From NCBI GenBank assembly GCA_032718475.1, contig JAUCBJ010007967.1, positions 1 to 64,000 on the forward strand: 64,000 nt of DNA, written 5' to 3'. Positions 40,055 through 52,436 of this stretch are shown piece after piece; the stretch's first letter is position 1, and the number at the start of each line of letters is the position of its first letter. The stretch is from Nemertoderma westbladi. Lineage: Eukaryota > Animalia > Xenacoelomorpha. The notes beneath the pieces were generated by a model. That model was not told the DNA's origin. It searched no databases and saw only the letters and a list, made by a program, of their open reading frames with translations. Made by a program: the position numbers and the translations under genes.

Positions 40055-40126
40055 AGGGTTTCGGAGATTTAAACACTGAACCCTGGGATTCGTGGTTCTC
40101 CTCATCAGCAGTGTGCCACGAACCCC
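40055..40126 (-). ncRNA. Hammerhead ribozyme, non-circularly permuted strand order (copy 2)
   Basis: Identical to 39375-39446, shifted by 680 bp. Confidence 0.8.
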
Positions 40127-41737
40127 ACCTCTACCCTAACAAAACTGCACCACTAAATTAAGATAATGACCAATAAATTAGAAATCCTACCGTACCACCC
40201 AACAGAGTTGAAACCACCCACCCCCAAATGTATGTTACCATCAGCCCCAAATGCATAAACATGATTTCCCAACTGAATGCAACCAACCCCAATTAGCACC
40301 TACCGGTATGTACAGATATATGATCAGATTTTTTAAACAAAATTGCGCAGATGTCAGGAAATACCCCTTTAAATATATAATTATACGATGTTGACAACTA
40401 CGACTTTAGAGGGATTGTAATATTCATATTAAAACAATAAAATAGGACATGGGGTCTATTCCCTCAGATACTACCTAGCATTTAGGGCCACTTGGGCCAC
40501 TGTTAGTACTCAGGCACTAGGCCCATCAAAAAACACACAACAAAATACCAAATCGATTTTAGTGCTACATAAACCCAACCCAACTACCACAAGAAAAATT
40601 GCACCAAACCATACAGTAACTACACGTTCGTGGGGCCTTCGCGCAGCACGAGGCCCAGTTATGAGATACAAATTAAAATTGTGCGACTGTATCACAAAAT
40701 CAGGTTATGAGAGATTAACCAACACCACCAATTAATCAAAGAAAGGGGGACAGTACGTGTTCACCCCTTTTAATCTGCACCCCCCCCCCCCCCCTCCCTT
40801 CCCACCCACCAATACATAACCGCGACATCTACCACCCACGGAAGGGTAGCACGAACTTATTTCCAAACGCACGTTCAATATGCAAAGCCAGGTGGTTTAT
40901 AGGAATATAATCAATGCAGTACTCGTCTTCATTATAAGCCTCTTTGCGTTCGACCTGTTTTGTATTAAAATATATTTATTAAACGCAGGCTGACGCTCTT
41001 TATAATAATAATACCTAGGGATGCCAGCTTCCAGACTTTCAATCTTTACTGCCGCGCAAACCCCGCAGAGGAAGTTTTGGTTTGAGAGATCAAGCCCATC
41101 GGGCGATTATTGAAAAATGGTCACACTTCACATCAAAAAATTAACATCCCCATCACCAAAAATGGTTTCCATATCCTAAAAGTATGGTATCTAAAGTGTA
41201 GGAAATGGGTATGGATGAGTAAATATTTGATCGCTTAGAAAAAATACTGGGATGTAAAGTCTGCTGAAAATTGATAACATAATTATCCTAATAATTTACG
41301 TTTTTAAAAGTAATTTAAAAATATTATGGTATACATTACCATGCAAAATGCATGCATATTTTGGAAGCACCACTGCAGTAAACCATTTCACAAAAATAAT
41401 TATTGGATTTCAGTAAGCCATCTTACGGAAACAAATGATTTGCTCACTAGTGCTGGAAATTCCGTCAGTCACAGAAATTAGCAGTAAAGTTTAGTTATTC
41501 TGAAACAGAAAGGCTTTCTGGCAAACTTTCTTATCCACAAATTCAGATATTCTCCTGACCACAATGCATGACAAGGACTTTGCTGTGAAATTAGCGTAGG
41601 CTGACTGGTGACTGATGAATTATCAAATATTATATTTTCCATGAATGCAGGATCCATATTTGTAAAAGCCTTTGCTGAATTGCCCCGTTATTTTTATTAT
41701 CTTTTACATTAAAATACTCTGTAGTTGATTTAATAAG

Positions 41738-42100
41738 TGTAAGAGACCGTATTATTGTTGTATCGGTGTTTTTAGAGGATCTAAGACCTATTTCCTCCGT
41801 ATGTGTACTGTGAAAGGCATATTTTATGATTCTATGGCAATTCGTGACGCAAAAGGGTGATAGCTACTCTTGAACAGTAGTTACTATGACTACGGTTAAC
41901 AGCTGACATTCATACGTGTTGATTTCCTTTGTTCTACGGCGTCTCTCAGTTCAGTCAGCCAATGAGAGCGTTTTTGTGGCTCCTTGTACAGAAAATTTCC
42001 GAGAAATGACGCAATGCCTATGTGCAGTGTTTACATTCAGTCTTGAGCCAAAGAAAGAACGGCTTGGAAGTATTTTGTGTTGTACTGTTTTTTAGTCGTA
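41738..42100 (+). mobile_element. Fragment of a diverged LTR related to the BEL LTR
   Basis: Starts TGTAAGA. TCGTGACGC...TACTCTTGAA...CGGTTAACAGCTGA...CCAATGAGAGCG aligns to 38425-38560. Confidence 0.55.
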
Positions 42101-42147
42101 CACTGGTAGGTTTAATTATAAAGGGCATATATCCTTTAACTGATAAA

Positions 42148-42414
42148 TCAAGAGATAGGAGGGGGGTGGGACTGGACGCAAATCCCATCTTGGCGAATTA
42201 ATATCCCGCCTCAATATTAATTTCTAAATTTTGGGAAAGGAGCAGGTTACAGTGGCACGTTATTTTAACCAAAACAATAAAGTAAACACAATAGAACAGG
42301 TTACAGTTTTATTTTTGAGAGTAATCAGCTGTTGTTATTTGCGTCCAATTTCCCCTGGAGAGGGATGAATTTTTATTGCGTCCAGTCCCCCCCCCCCCCC
42401 CCCCCCTATCTTGA
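42148..42414. mobile_element. MITE-like element
   Basis: TCAAGAGATAGG-(G)n-GGGACTGGACGCAA versus TTGCGTCCAGTCCC-(C)n-CTATCTTGA as inverted termini. Confidence 0.6.
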
Positions 42415-44003
42415 AATCAAATACCAAAAATATATTTATTATATGAACAATCTATTTGGAAATTGTAAGTTCGGCCTATCTCTTTACCATAAGCTCAGTA
42501 TCTTTATCTGGTGTGTTTTTATTATTTTACCAATTATTTAATATGTTTGATAGAATTGAACAACACCGCCCAACACAACCAACTCTCTATCCGCCTCGAG
42601 CATCGAGAATACGAGAAACTCGATCGAAATACCTGCTTATCCCAGTAGTATCCGTCCGTAGTCTAGTCACCGGACCGCTGCGGTTTACTCCCGTAGAACA
42701 GTAGAATTCCCGCAGCTTCCGACCCAATTCGACAACGAATTCGCTTCACACTTTCGCGTCACAGAGAACGTAATCCAGTGCGATAACGTCTGCCCAACGT
42801 TCAACCATTTCCCCCAGGCGATCCCAGGATCCGGGCCGCCGCTAAACCCAGATCGCAATCCTCGTCGATTCGTCCAGTCGTCGACGTAAGTCAGTAAGTG
42901 GGACTCTTCCCACCGCACTCCAAGGTGGGTGACCGGAGTGAGGCATGATGAACTTGGCAGTGGCCCGCATTACGATCTGACCGACCGCCGTATTCCCAGT
43001 GTCTGAGTGTAGTAAATACCCAAATAGAATCGTACTGACAAACAAGCAATTCCGTAGTATTCCCCCGTTAATCACCTCTTGAAGCAACTCGGCTGCTCGG
43101 GTCCAGATACATCGGACTGTCGGGAGCGTTTCAGACATCAGACAGTAATGGAGCGGCATTTGCGAATATTTCCAATGGTTTTATAATAAATAAGGGGATT
43201 CAACAGTTCAATGCTAAAACAAATGGATTATTCCTAACCCCACCCCAATACAGCAATATACCTAACAGTATATAGCTTAGGTACCACAGTCTGACTAGCT
43301 TTAAATATTAGAGTATGAAAATTATTATAGGACCCTCATGGAAACGAGGTATATACCTCATGAGGCTATCCTTACACCAGAACCCTTTATTTAAGTAAAT
43401 AAACATTTTATAAGTTGACTATCTACATAAATCAGTATTGGTGCTCCTAAATATCTAGTGTTATTAGGCCTACTTGTACTGTAGGCCTAATATCGTAACG
43501 TAATCTTTATAAATGTATTATTGTGAATTTTAAAAGGTTTAATTATGTGTAAAAAACAATCAATCAATCAAACCATAATCAGCACAGTCAGCCTACGCAT
43601 GGGTGGTACCTACGGTGCGCACTACAACGGCTGAACGGCAGTACAGCAATACGGTGTACCGTGCCAATGACTGAATGATTAGCGGTAACTACTGAACTAT
43701 CTAAACTATTATATTATTATTACCGGTACTAGGCTAATTAGGCCTAAACTATAATCACCGCAAGGGTTTCCAGGGCCATGTTTAGATTACATGATATGGC
43801 ATGTCTGCAGTGTATGGTACCGGCTGACCTGTATTACAGCCTGACAGTACCGGTACAAATGGTACATGCAGATTGGCAGACAGCCCCTATGTTTTGCAAA
43901 ATTTGTCAGAAAACCAGCTGATTTATCCTACAGTAATAATAATTTAACGCATGTTAATTTTGGATAAATAAATATATTATAACTACAATAACAGTTACAC
44001 TGA

Positions 44004-44222
44004 TGCTGCACGAAGGCCCCACGCAAATTCTACTTGGAAAATTTTCAAACTTTTGCCAAACAACATGTGTACCAAGTTTGGATAGATTTCATCAAGGATT
44101 GGCCGAGTTATTAACGTTTAAAATAAAATACTGAAAAAAACCACGCGACAGAACGACAGAACGACAGGTTGATTAATGGTACCACTACGCTAAGGCTCTC
44201 TCACTTCGTGGCTCGCCCCACA
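44004..44222 (+). mobile_element. Short interspersed element resembling non-autonomous Helitron/Helentron (DINE-1-like) elements; relatives at 56225-57090 and 62028-62295 (-), and ends near 59745 and 60355
   Basis: Conserved CGAAGGCCCCACGCAAATT start, internal GACAGAAC microsatellite and TTCGTGGCTCGCCCCACA end. Family assignment is inference. Confidence 0.5.
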
Positions 44223-45729
44223 AGTCGGGGTGCAAGGGGGTGAATGTGCCGGATTACAAATAATTATAACTTATAAGTGGTGTGTACGAAAGTAATTAAT
44301 CGGTATTCCCGTTTTCATATAAACAATAATGTCTATAAATTGTAAGCAGCAATTTCTCCAAGGAATGAGGTTTAAGCGACAGTGTTTGATTGTTTATACA
44401 TGACCTACTTTATACAGAGTATGTTTAATCTGTTTACCTTTACTGGAGCCACTGCTTATTACTGTATAATAAAACGAGCTAATTAAGTTATTGTCCCATG
44501 CTGGGGTGGGGATATACATTCACTAACCACAGTAAGGTCTTAACGTAATAACTACGGTAATAACGTTTATTGTTTTGGTTCCCCCAATACTCCTCTGAAA
44601 CCTGCTCCTTTACTAAACTACTCCTTTACTAACCTGCTCGCCCCTTTACTGTCTGCACCAGTGTCTGCACCAGGAGTCTGCATCACTGTCTGCACCACTG
44701 TCTGCTTAACGTTTACACCCTGATTCTGTGGCATAATCAAACTGAACTCAAACCAAAACGGCGCTTTTAAGGGCCAACATCCTTTGCCACTATCGAGGAG
44801 CTCCCCGTGCTTCAAAGGGAAACATGGCTGCAAAGCGACTAACGCTGGATAAATTAGATTTTTTTAAAAATGTGATTAAATCACAAATATTGAAAAGTAA
44901 GATAGGTTTAAAGAATTGCCTATAAAATTTGTATACTTTCGTATTGGACCCTAAATATTTGCATGCAAGCTCAGAATTAAATTATCTTTTGAATGATATA
45001 TTACACTAAAGTGCATGTCTGGCAGTTTTGGCTGGCCAGGGGGGGGGGGGTGGGGGGGGGGGGGGAATCATTATGGAACACCCGGTATGTGAAAAAAATT
45101 ATCGATGAACACTTACAAACCAAATCAATCGAAACTCAAAAACTTAAAAAATGCCCTAAGTTTGGTGCATCAAAAATCATGTTAAAACTTAAATACTTGT
45201 ATCTAGAGCTCAGTAGAGTGCTCCATACCAATAACAATCAATAAATAACCACAAAACATCGCTAAGGACGAACTCATAAACCTAAAGACCTTATAAAAAA
45301 TTCTCTAGAAAATCTAGAAAAAAAAATCTCATAAGACCTTATAAAATTCTAAAATTTCATAAAAATGTGTGCTCGCGACCAAATTTTGAGGTAGCACCCA
45401 CATCGAAAAGTACAAACCCAACTGCAACGACGCTTTTTGCAATTTGGCTATTTTTGCAAAATTGGGCAGATACATACTGGTTGTACAACAGTTTTACAGT
45501 TTTTTCCCCTAGAGTGGAATGGGTATCCCGTTCTAGATCCATAATAGGTATGTTGCATTGTCGCTGTATTATTGATTATGCTCTGCCGGCATGGGAATTG
45601 CGCTGCCACAACTCCCAATCCAATCAGGCAATCACCGTTGACCTTCGTGAGATTATCCACATCTTCAAGGCCAGTGTTCAGGTGTCACGCTTTGTGGAAT
45701 AATGTGCTGTATATGAATAGTATCTTATT

Positions 45730-45921
45730 GTTGGATATGTATAGTGCGCATTGATTGTACTTGACACAGTGAACCTGACGTAGCATTCTTGTGAATGTGC
45801 CATCCAGAGATTTGGTGACCTCAGCAGTTAGAGCCCAGCATGGACTCCCATAGACGAGTACTGGAACTACTGCTGTTCTAAATAATCGGACCTTAAGTTT
45901 CCAATGTATTCTGTGTGACTT
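45730..45921 (-). mobile_element. RTE LINE fragment, same family as 12555-14109
   Basis: KLKVRLFRTAVVPVLVYGSPCWALTAEVTKSLDGTFTRMLR. Confidence 0.9.
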
Positions 45922-46167
45922 ACTATAATCATGTATACAGTGTACAATCCATTCAAAATCTTCCCAATACGAATCCAAGATCCTTTCACATTCTATCCCA
46001 AAGCGCACTAATCCAAATAAGTTTGTATACCTCTTACGCTCGCTAAGTATTTTTTTGCAATATACTTTTTTAAATTACTCATACTCATATTCCTGAGTTC
46101 AAGTGGGAATAATATTCGCTCTGTCTCAATACCATTGGTTAATCTGTTCGTGTATTTTACCTTGCAG

Positions 46168-49151
46168 GCCGGGGATATCAAACGAATGTCACCTCGCCTC
46201 CAGTCAATCTCCGGTAGTCATCACAACTGCCCTAAACCACAGAGCGGTTTGTCAGCTCAGGCGAAACCTCATCAAGCCCCGACACATTCGAAGCCTTCAC
46301 AACAAGCACCTGCCGTAGTGAAACCCCTACAAACACCCTCACAAGCTAAACAAACGCAGCATAATATTATAACACCAGTAATGCCAAAACTACGACCTAA
46401 TTTGTCATCCCCCAATACAACCCCTACAGAATCGCTATCAATTACACCGTTATCGGTACCACACAGCACATCAACCGTTTCAGTAGCCTTAACACCGCGC
46501 AGCTATTCTCCTGTATCATTAAGCGAGAGTATATCGAACTCCATATCAGTACCAAACACAATCCAAGCGATATCTGTACCACATACATCCTCAACAGTTC
46601 GGCAATCAAAGTCAATCGACTCTGAGTCGCAACAACAGTCGCCCAAACCCCGCCTTCAACTACTTGGGAGGGCGCATTCATTTAGTCGGACAGCCCATCC
46701 TATACCTATCGTAGTAAACCGACGTGCTCCATTGCCCGGGTGTGCTACCAGACACCCCCGAGTGAGCCCCACCTCCCAGACACCCGGTGGTTCGCGCCCC
46801 AGTGTAGAGAGCCCCACCTCCCAGACACCCGGTGTCTCACGCCCCAGTCTAGAGAGCCCCACCTCCCAGACACCCGGTGTCTCACGCCCCAGTCTAGAGA
46901 GCCCCACCTCCCAGACACCCGGTGGTTCACGCCCCAGTCTAGAGAGCCCCACCTCCCAGACACCCGGTGGTTCACGCCCCAGTCTAGAGAGCGCCACCCC
47001 CCAGACAGATGTTATTGCTCTGGAAGTGTCTCGGGTAAACCCCACGCTGCCCGCTTCCGTTGTCACTGACCCGTCTTCTTTATCTATCGGGTCGCCGCTG
47101 AATTCTCCCGCGAGCTTCCGGTCTCCCGGGGCCGGTAGAGCAGGGCTCTCCCCGGTCACCTATTTCCCTCGTTACAACTCGTCCGCTCCCTCATCCCCCC
47201 TCAATCCCCGCGGTTTACCCTCCTCCAGCCCGCGTAGTAAACCCGATGCCAAATCTCCCGGTCAGTTCAATCTCCGCAGGGCCTCAGTTCTCTCAGGACT
47301 TTCGATATCTCGAAGAGACTCCGCCAACAGTCGCAGGCCGGGCGCAGGCTCGCTCGCCAAAGTAACTGTTAATGTGTGGCCCGCATCCAGTTCTGTGTCC
47401 ACAGCAAGCACTCTCTCAGTAACCAGTCCTAGTTCCATAGCAACCAGTGCCTCGTGCTCAGTGACTACTCCGGTTTCCATAGCAACCAGTGTCTCATGCC
47501 CAGTGACTAGTCCGATTTCCCTAGCAACCAGTGTCTCAGGCCCACTGACTAGTCCGGTTTCCATGGCAACCAATGTCTCATGTCCAGTGACTAGTCCGGT
47601 TTCCAAGGCAACCAGTGTCTCGTGCCCATTTACTAGTCCGATTTCTATAGCAACCAGTGTCTCATGCCCAGTGACTAGTCCGGTTTCCCTGGCAACCAGT
47701 GTCTCGTGTCCAGTGACTAGTCCGATTTCCATAGCAACCAGTGTCTCAAGCCCGGTGACTAGTCCGGTTTCCAAAGCAACCAGTGTCTCGTGTCCAGTGA
47801 CTAGTCCGATTTCCATAGCAACCAGTGTCTCAAGCCCGGTGACTAGTCCGGTTTCCAAAGCAACCAGTGTCTCGTGTCCATTGACTAGTCCGATTTCTAT
47901 AGCAACCAGTGTCTCATGCCCGGTGACTAGTCCGGTTTCCATATCAACCATTAGCCTGCAGCCTACAACAACCACTGTTTCTACAGCGATGGTGAACCCA
48001 TTGCCCGTATCCATTGTTTCCGTAGCAACAATTAACCCGATGGTCTCGACTAATCCGACTCTCTTGGCGACTACTACCAACCATGTAGTATCGCCTTCCT
48101 TCCATTTGGTAATCCTCCCCTCGCCAACGTCCCAGACTGGGGCCGCCCCCACACTGGTACCTCTCATACCGACCTCCAACACGAATCCAGCCATCACACC
48201 CACCGCAGGCCCCACCATTCCCACTGGTAGTATCCGAATCCACATACCTGTGTCATCAGTACCGGGGACTGTAGCCCAATTTGCCTCTTTGTCCTCCATC
48301 CCTTCCGGCCACACATTGACTAATACTAACACAATGCTGCCGAGCAGGAAACATTGTCGCGTCCGGAATACCCTGTCCACCCCGTTATTATCCACTGTAC
48401 CTATAATAACGTCCATCGATGGAAAAATATATAGTGAAATTGTTAGTATAGGATCGGAAGAACCTAAAAGTATACCAGTTTTATTAGCGAAGAAGTACTC
48501 AGAGCGAAAAATCGCAGCGAAACCTGAAACTGGAACTGAATTCGGGATGAAACCGACTCGTCGGAAATTTTCTCCAAAACTTCCGTCTCCCTCAATGAAC
48601 CGAATGATGTCGCCGTTGGTCCTGCGTAAACTCGCGACTTCCACTCGGGCCGAATACAAGGTGATCACCAAGTCCGGGATTCCGTCGTCCGTGGCGGGTC
48701 CCAGTGCCACCTCGGTGGTGGAGCCCGAAGGAAGCTGGGATGGCTCAGTGGAGGGGCCCCAAACGGCCATGGCTATGCAGCCGATCCGCGGACTTGTTCG
48801 TAAACGTCGCGAGGTCAAGTCTGCTACGATCCTGGATGACATCCAACTCGTTGACGCTACGCCGGCGTCCCCTTCCTCGGAGGTTAGCCTCCAACTCAAA
48901 GCGGATCCGGTACTAGCTGGTCCCGCGGTTCCACCACTATCAGGTTCAACAGCTTCGGGTTCCGCCGTTCCAGCACCTTCTGGTTCCGCCGTTCCACCAC
49001 CGATCGGTTCCACTACTCCGGTACTGTCAGCTGATCCGGTCGGGAAGACGGCGGAAACTCCGGAGATCGTGGCATCCACCTCGTGCGACACGAAGGGGAG
49101 TCCACGTAACTCTAGGAAAGTTCGGGAATACAGTCTACCAGACGGGAGAAG
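46168..49151 (+). CDS. Large Ser/Thr/Pro-rich internal exon of a PWWP2-like chromatin protein (upstream exons not identified)
   Basis: 3-kb open frame. Acceptor TTTTACCTTGCAG ending 46167 (phase 0); donor AG|GTTAGT at 49152 (phase 2). Coding repeats of 15 aa (x5) and 14 aa (about x12). Ends VREYSLPDGR, resembling the PWWP2 pre-domain segment. Confidence 0.75.
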
Positions 49152-49358
49152 GTTAGTATATGGCAGCGGGTGGGTTGACATGACATACTAATACTATAGA
49201 AATTGGACCCCATGATACCGAGACCAATAAGATATGGTAAGCCCACTGTAGTATACTTGCAAGGTGGCCCAAATAATTAAATATTTTGGAATAGTACATG
49301 AATGATCATATTTTTAACACCTCCCAGTCCCATCTCTGCAGTGTTATTTTGTTAATTG

Positions 49359-50402
49359 GGCACTATTTTATTTGGTTTAAAACTTAAGTTAATGTCATCT
49401 TGGGTTGTGTCTGTGCCGGTACTGGCCTACCTGCATCTATTTGAATAATTGATTGGATAATTTATTTGAATGATTTGATCTACTAATAATATGGCTAATG
49501 TAGAAACATTTTCAGAACAAACTACAAAAAGACTTAATCCTGTTACAAATTCAAAAGAGTGTTTCAATGGATGATGAAAAAAGATCTTCACGTAGTAGCT
49601 CGCTGAAATGTGTACAATGTACACAATAACCTTGGGAAAATTAGCCGAAGCACGTCAAGACTCGTTAAATGCAAAGAATGAGTTGATGTCGCGTATAGCC
49701 AAGCCCTCACAGAAACAGGGTGCAAGAGATAAACCCTCAGAGTCTACATCTACCGAGACTAGCTCATAGACAAGAGCGAGGAGACAGGCCCGCCAGGCAA
49801 GGACAAATCCGGTAATTCCACAAGCAAACACGCCTAATCCTTAACTCCTTGTTCAGTTCCTACTGATACCGGAAGGCCAACTCAACCGTCAAATACATTC
49901 GGACTGCGATGCCACCTCCTGGCAACAAGTTCCTCCTCATCGGAAGAGAAGGACAATTGCTCGAGGTAATCACGTCAAGGGATCGCTTCGTATTATCATC
50001 CCACAACCCCGGACTGCACCAACAAGAAAGATTTGCACATCGGTAGGCTAAACACCGATGTGATGGCCAGTTAAATAGAAGATTATCTCACACTGAGAGA
50101 GAATATTCAATTCGACGAAGTAAGTGATCTCCCACTCCGAGAGGATGCTCATCGTAGTTTCCACATAGTCTGCTCACAGGACGCACATGAAGCTATAATG
50201 AATCCTTCACTCTGGCAATCCGGAATCTCCATTCGGAATTATAGACATACCGATGAGGAGTGGATTCGGTACAGTGCGAAGCATTTATCCACACAACCTG
50301 AGGTTCCTACTGTCAACACTATACCCAAAAAGACTGACTACCAGTCACCTTCTCCTTGTGGAATATTGAAGGATTTAACTATGTAAATTGTAAATGTAAA
50401 CA
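49359..50402 (+). mobile_element. Internally deleted LINE-like insertion (ORF1-like remnant plus 3' end) flanked by ~109-bp direct repeats
   Basis: 49250-49358 matches 50403-50512. Remnant HIGRLN...SFHIVC...NPSLWQSGISIRNY, then a 3' hairpin and a (TGTAAA)n tail. Confidence 0.6.
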
Positions 50403-51391
50403 AGTATACTTGCAAGGTGCCCCAAATATTGAAATATTTTGGAATAGTACATGAATGATCACCTTTTTAACACCTCCCAGTCCCACACTCGGTAGTGTTA
50501 TGTTGTTAATTGTCCGGGACTGTGTGTTTTAAAGAACGCTTTCGAACTGCCTTTCCTCGGTACTCAAACTTACAGATAATGGGTTTGGAACTATCAGAGG
50601 GGGGTTGAGTCCACCCGATCAGTGATACCTCGACGCACTTGTCGTTACCATGTCGCAATGTTTATGTGCCGTTACTTGATGTACTATTTGCTATTATACT
50701 GAAACGGGGGGGGGGGGGGGGGTCAAGGTTATAGTGTAAAAATGATTTTCGATGCATTCGCATTCAAATAAATGCACATCTGATGGAACTCTCTAGTTTG
50801 GCCGCCCATTCTCCATGACATTATTAAAAATTGATGATGTATATCGTGAGGTTGCGAGTCTCCGTACCGTAAACACTATTAGGATGGAGAATAATTATGC
50901 GATAAACATGTTCTTGAAAGCTATAGTTACAATCTCTAACTAACAGCTATGTTGGAAAATTCTGTCCAAAAAGTTGAGCTAGAAACATTTGAATAATGGG
51001 TTTCAACAACCCATGTTGTCTGAATCGGGTGGTGGGAGTAAAAACCTGGTGATTTCCGTTTCATCCATTGTCGGACGTCAACTTGGCGTTTACTTACACC
51101 CATATAGAGTACCAAGCAGACGTACGAGATGCTTAACAAGCAGCACATGGCATCGCTTTTAATTAATAAGCCACATGGTTTAAATATTGTTAAACATCAT
51201 TGTATTCGTAGTCATTGGTAATGACAATTTTAATTAAACACCTTTTAAGTGTTTAGTTTAGTTCAGTTTATATATTATTATTTCTACGTAATATTTTTAG
51301 CCTTTAAAGTTAAATTAAACTTAGTTAAAAGTTAAAATTGTAAATTTGTTTTACAAATTTTAACAATTTTCAATATTATTGGACTAAGAAA

Positions 51392-52132
51392 ATGGCGAAC
51401 TCATTTAATATTGCGGAATTTAGCGACGGACTGAGAGGCAGTCTGGTTGGAGTGAATCAAGAAGAATCAATGGGAATCTACGACAAAGCGGCTCAAGGGT
51501 GGGACAAAATGCTGGGCGAGTTGGGCGACAACTACATCCCGGGATCGCAATGCGTTAAGTTCGTGTTGGAATCGATATCAGCGCGTCATTGGCGACCGAA
51601 AGTCATCGATATCGGTAGCGGAAACGGAATAGTTGGAGAACTTATACACAGAAAGACTGGCTTCCAGGGAGAACTCCACGCGATGGAGGGAAGTGAAGGA
51701 ATGATGGATAAAACTCGCGAGAAACCCATTTATTCGCGTTATTTCCAGCAGTTATTTAATAGGGATGATTGTGGTTTCCCTGACAACTCGTACGATATTG
51801 CGATTCTCGGAACGGTTTACGGATACGGCGCAATCGATTGGAAGTATCTCCCGGAGATTATCCGGATTATAAAGCCTCCGGGTTTGGTCGCGATATCTTC
51901 GAATACCGACCGACTTTTAGAGGACAGCCCCCAAGGCACCCTCGAGTCTCATCTCTATAAACACGTTGACAATGGCAATTGGAAGCTAATCCACAGGATT
52001 AAAGCAACCAATAAACCGATTCTAAGTTACCTGTTCGAAGTAAATGTTGATAAACCATCGCTTGTTGGTATTCCGGATATGAGCTGCGAAGACCTTCCCT
52101 TCCCCAAACCTAAAACTTGCGCCTGGAAATAG
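51392..52132 (+). CDS. Intronless class I SAM-dependent methyltransferase, METTL27/WBSCR27-like
   Basis: Clean 246-aa ORF in AT-rich flanks. N-terminal YDKAAQGWD, motif I VIDIGSGNGIVG, LHAMEGSEGM, YDIAIL, EIIRIIKPPG. Confidence 0.85.
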   Translation: MANSFNIAEFSDGLRGSLVGVNQEESMGIYDKAAQGWDKMLGELGDNYIPGSQCVKFVLESISARHWRPKVIDIGSGNGIVGELIHRKTGFQGELHAMEGSEGMMDKTREKPIYSRYFQQLFNRDDCGFPDNSYDIAILGTVYGYGAIDWKYLPEIIRIIKPPGLVAISSNTDRLLEDSPQGTLESHLYKHVDNGNWKLIHRIKATNKPILSYLFEVNVDKPSLVGIPDMSCEDLPFPKPKTCAWK

Positions 52133-52187
52133 TAGATTTGGAAATTCTTTATTTCAGTTTGTTGTTTTATTCTATATGGTTTATGTT

Positions 52188-52435
52188 CTGGCGATGGGTG
52201 CGCATAAATAAACCAGTCTGGTTGTTAACCTGGCGATGGGTGCGCATAATTAAACCAGTCTGGTTGTTAACCTGGCGATGGGTGCGCATAAATAAACCAG
52301 TCTGGTTGTTAACCTGGCGATGGGTGCGCATAAATAAACCAGTCTGGTTGTTAACCTGGCGATGGGTGCGCATAAATAAACCAGTCTGGTTGTTAACCTG
52401 GCGATGGGTGCGCATAAATAAACCAGTCTGGTTGT
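52188..52435. repeat. 42-bp minisatellite, about 6 copies
   Basis: Unit CTGGCGATGGGTGCGCATAAATAAACCAGTCTGGTTGTTAAC. Confidence 0.95.
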
Positions 52436-52436
52436 G

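Larger units (their letters stand above)
39021..40624. repeat. 680-bp perfect tandem repeat (about 2.4 units) carrying a hammerhead ribozyme motif
   Basis: TTATACGATGTTGAC starts at 39021, 39701 and 40381. Units look identical by eye. Confidence 0.97.
40813..44222 (-). repeat. Left arm of an inverted duplication (40813-~41105 and 42629-44222)
   Basis: Reverse complement of 63705-64000 and 62084-63461 respectively, with indels. Confidence 0.9.

Noticed and set aside
47262-49181. 639-aa antisense ORF
   Set aside because: Shadow of the Ser/Thr/Pro-rich sense exon; no motifs of its own.
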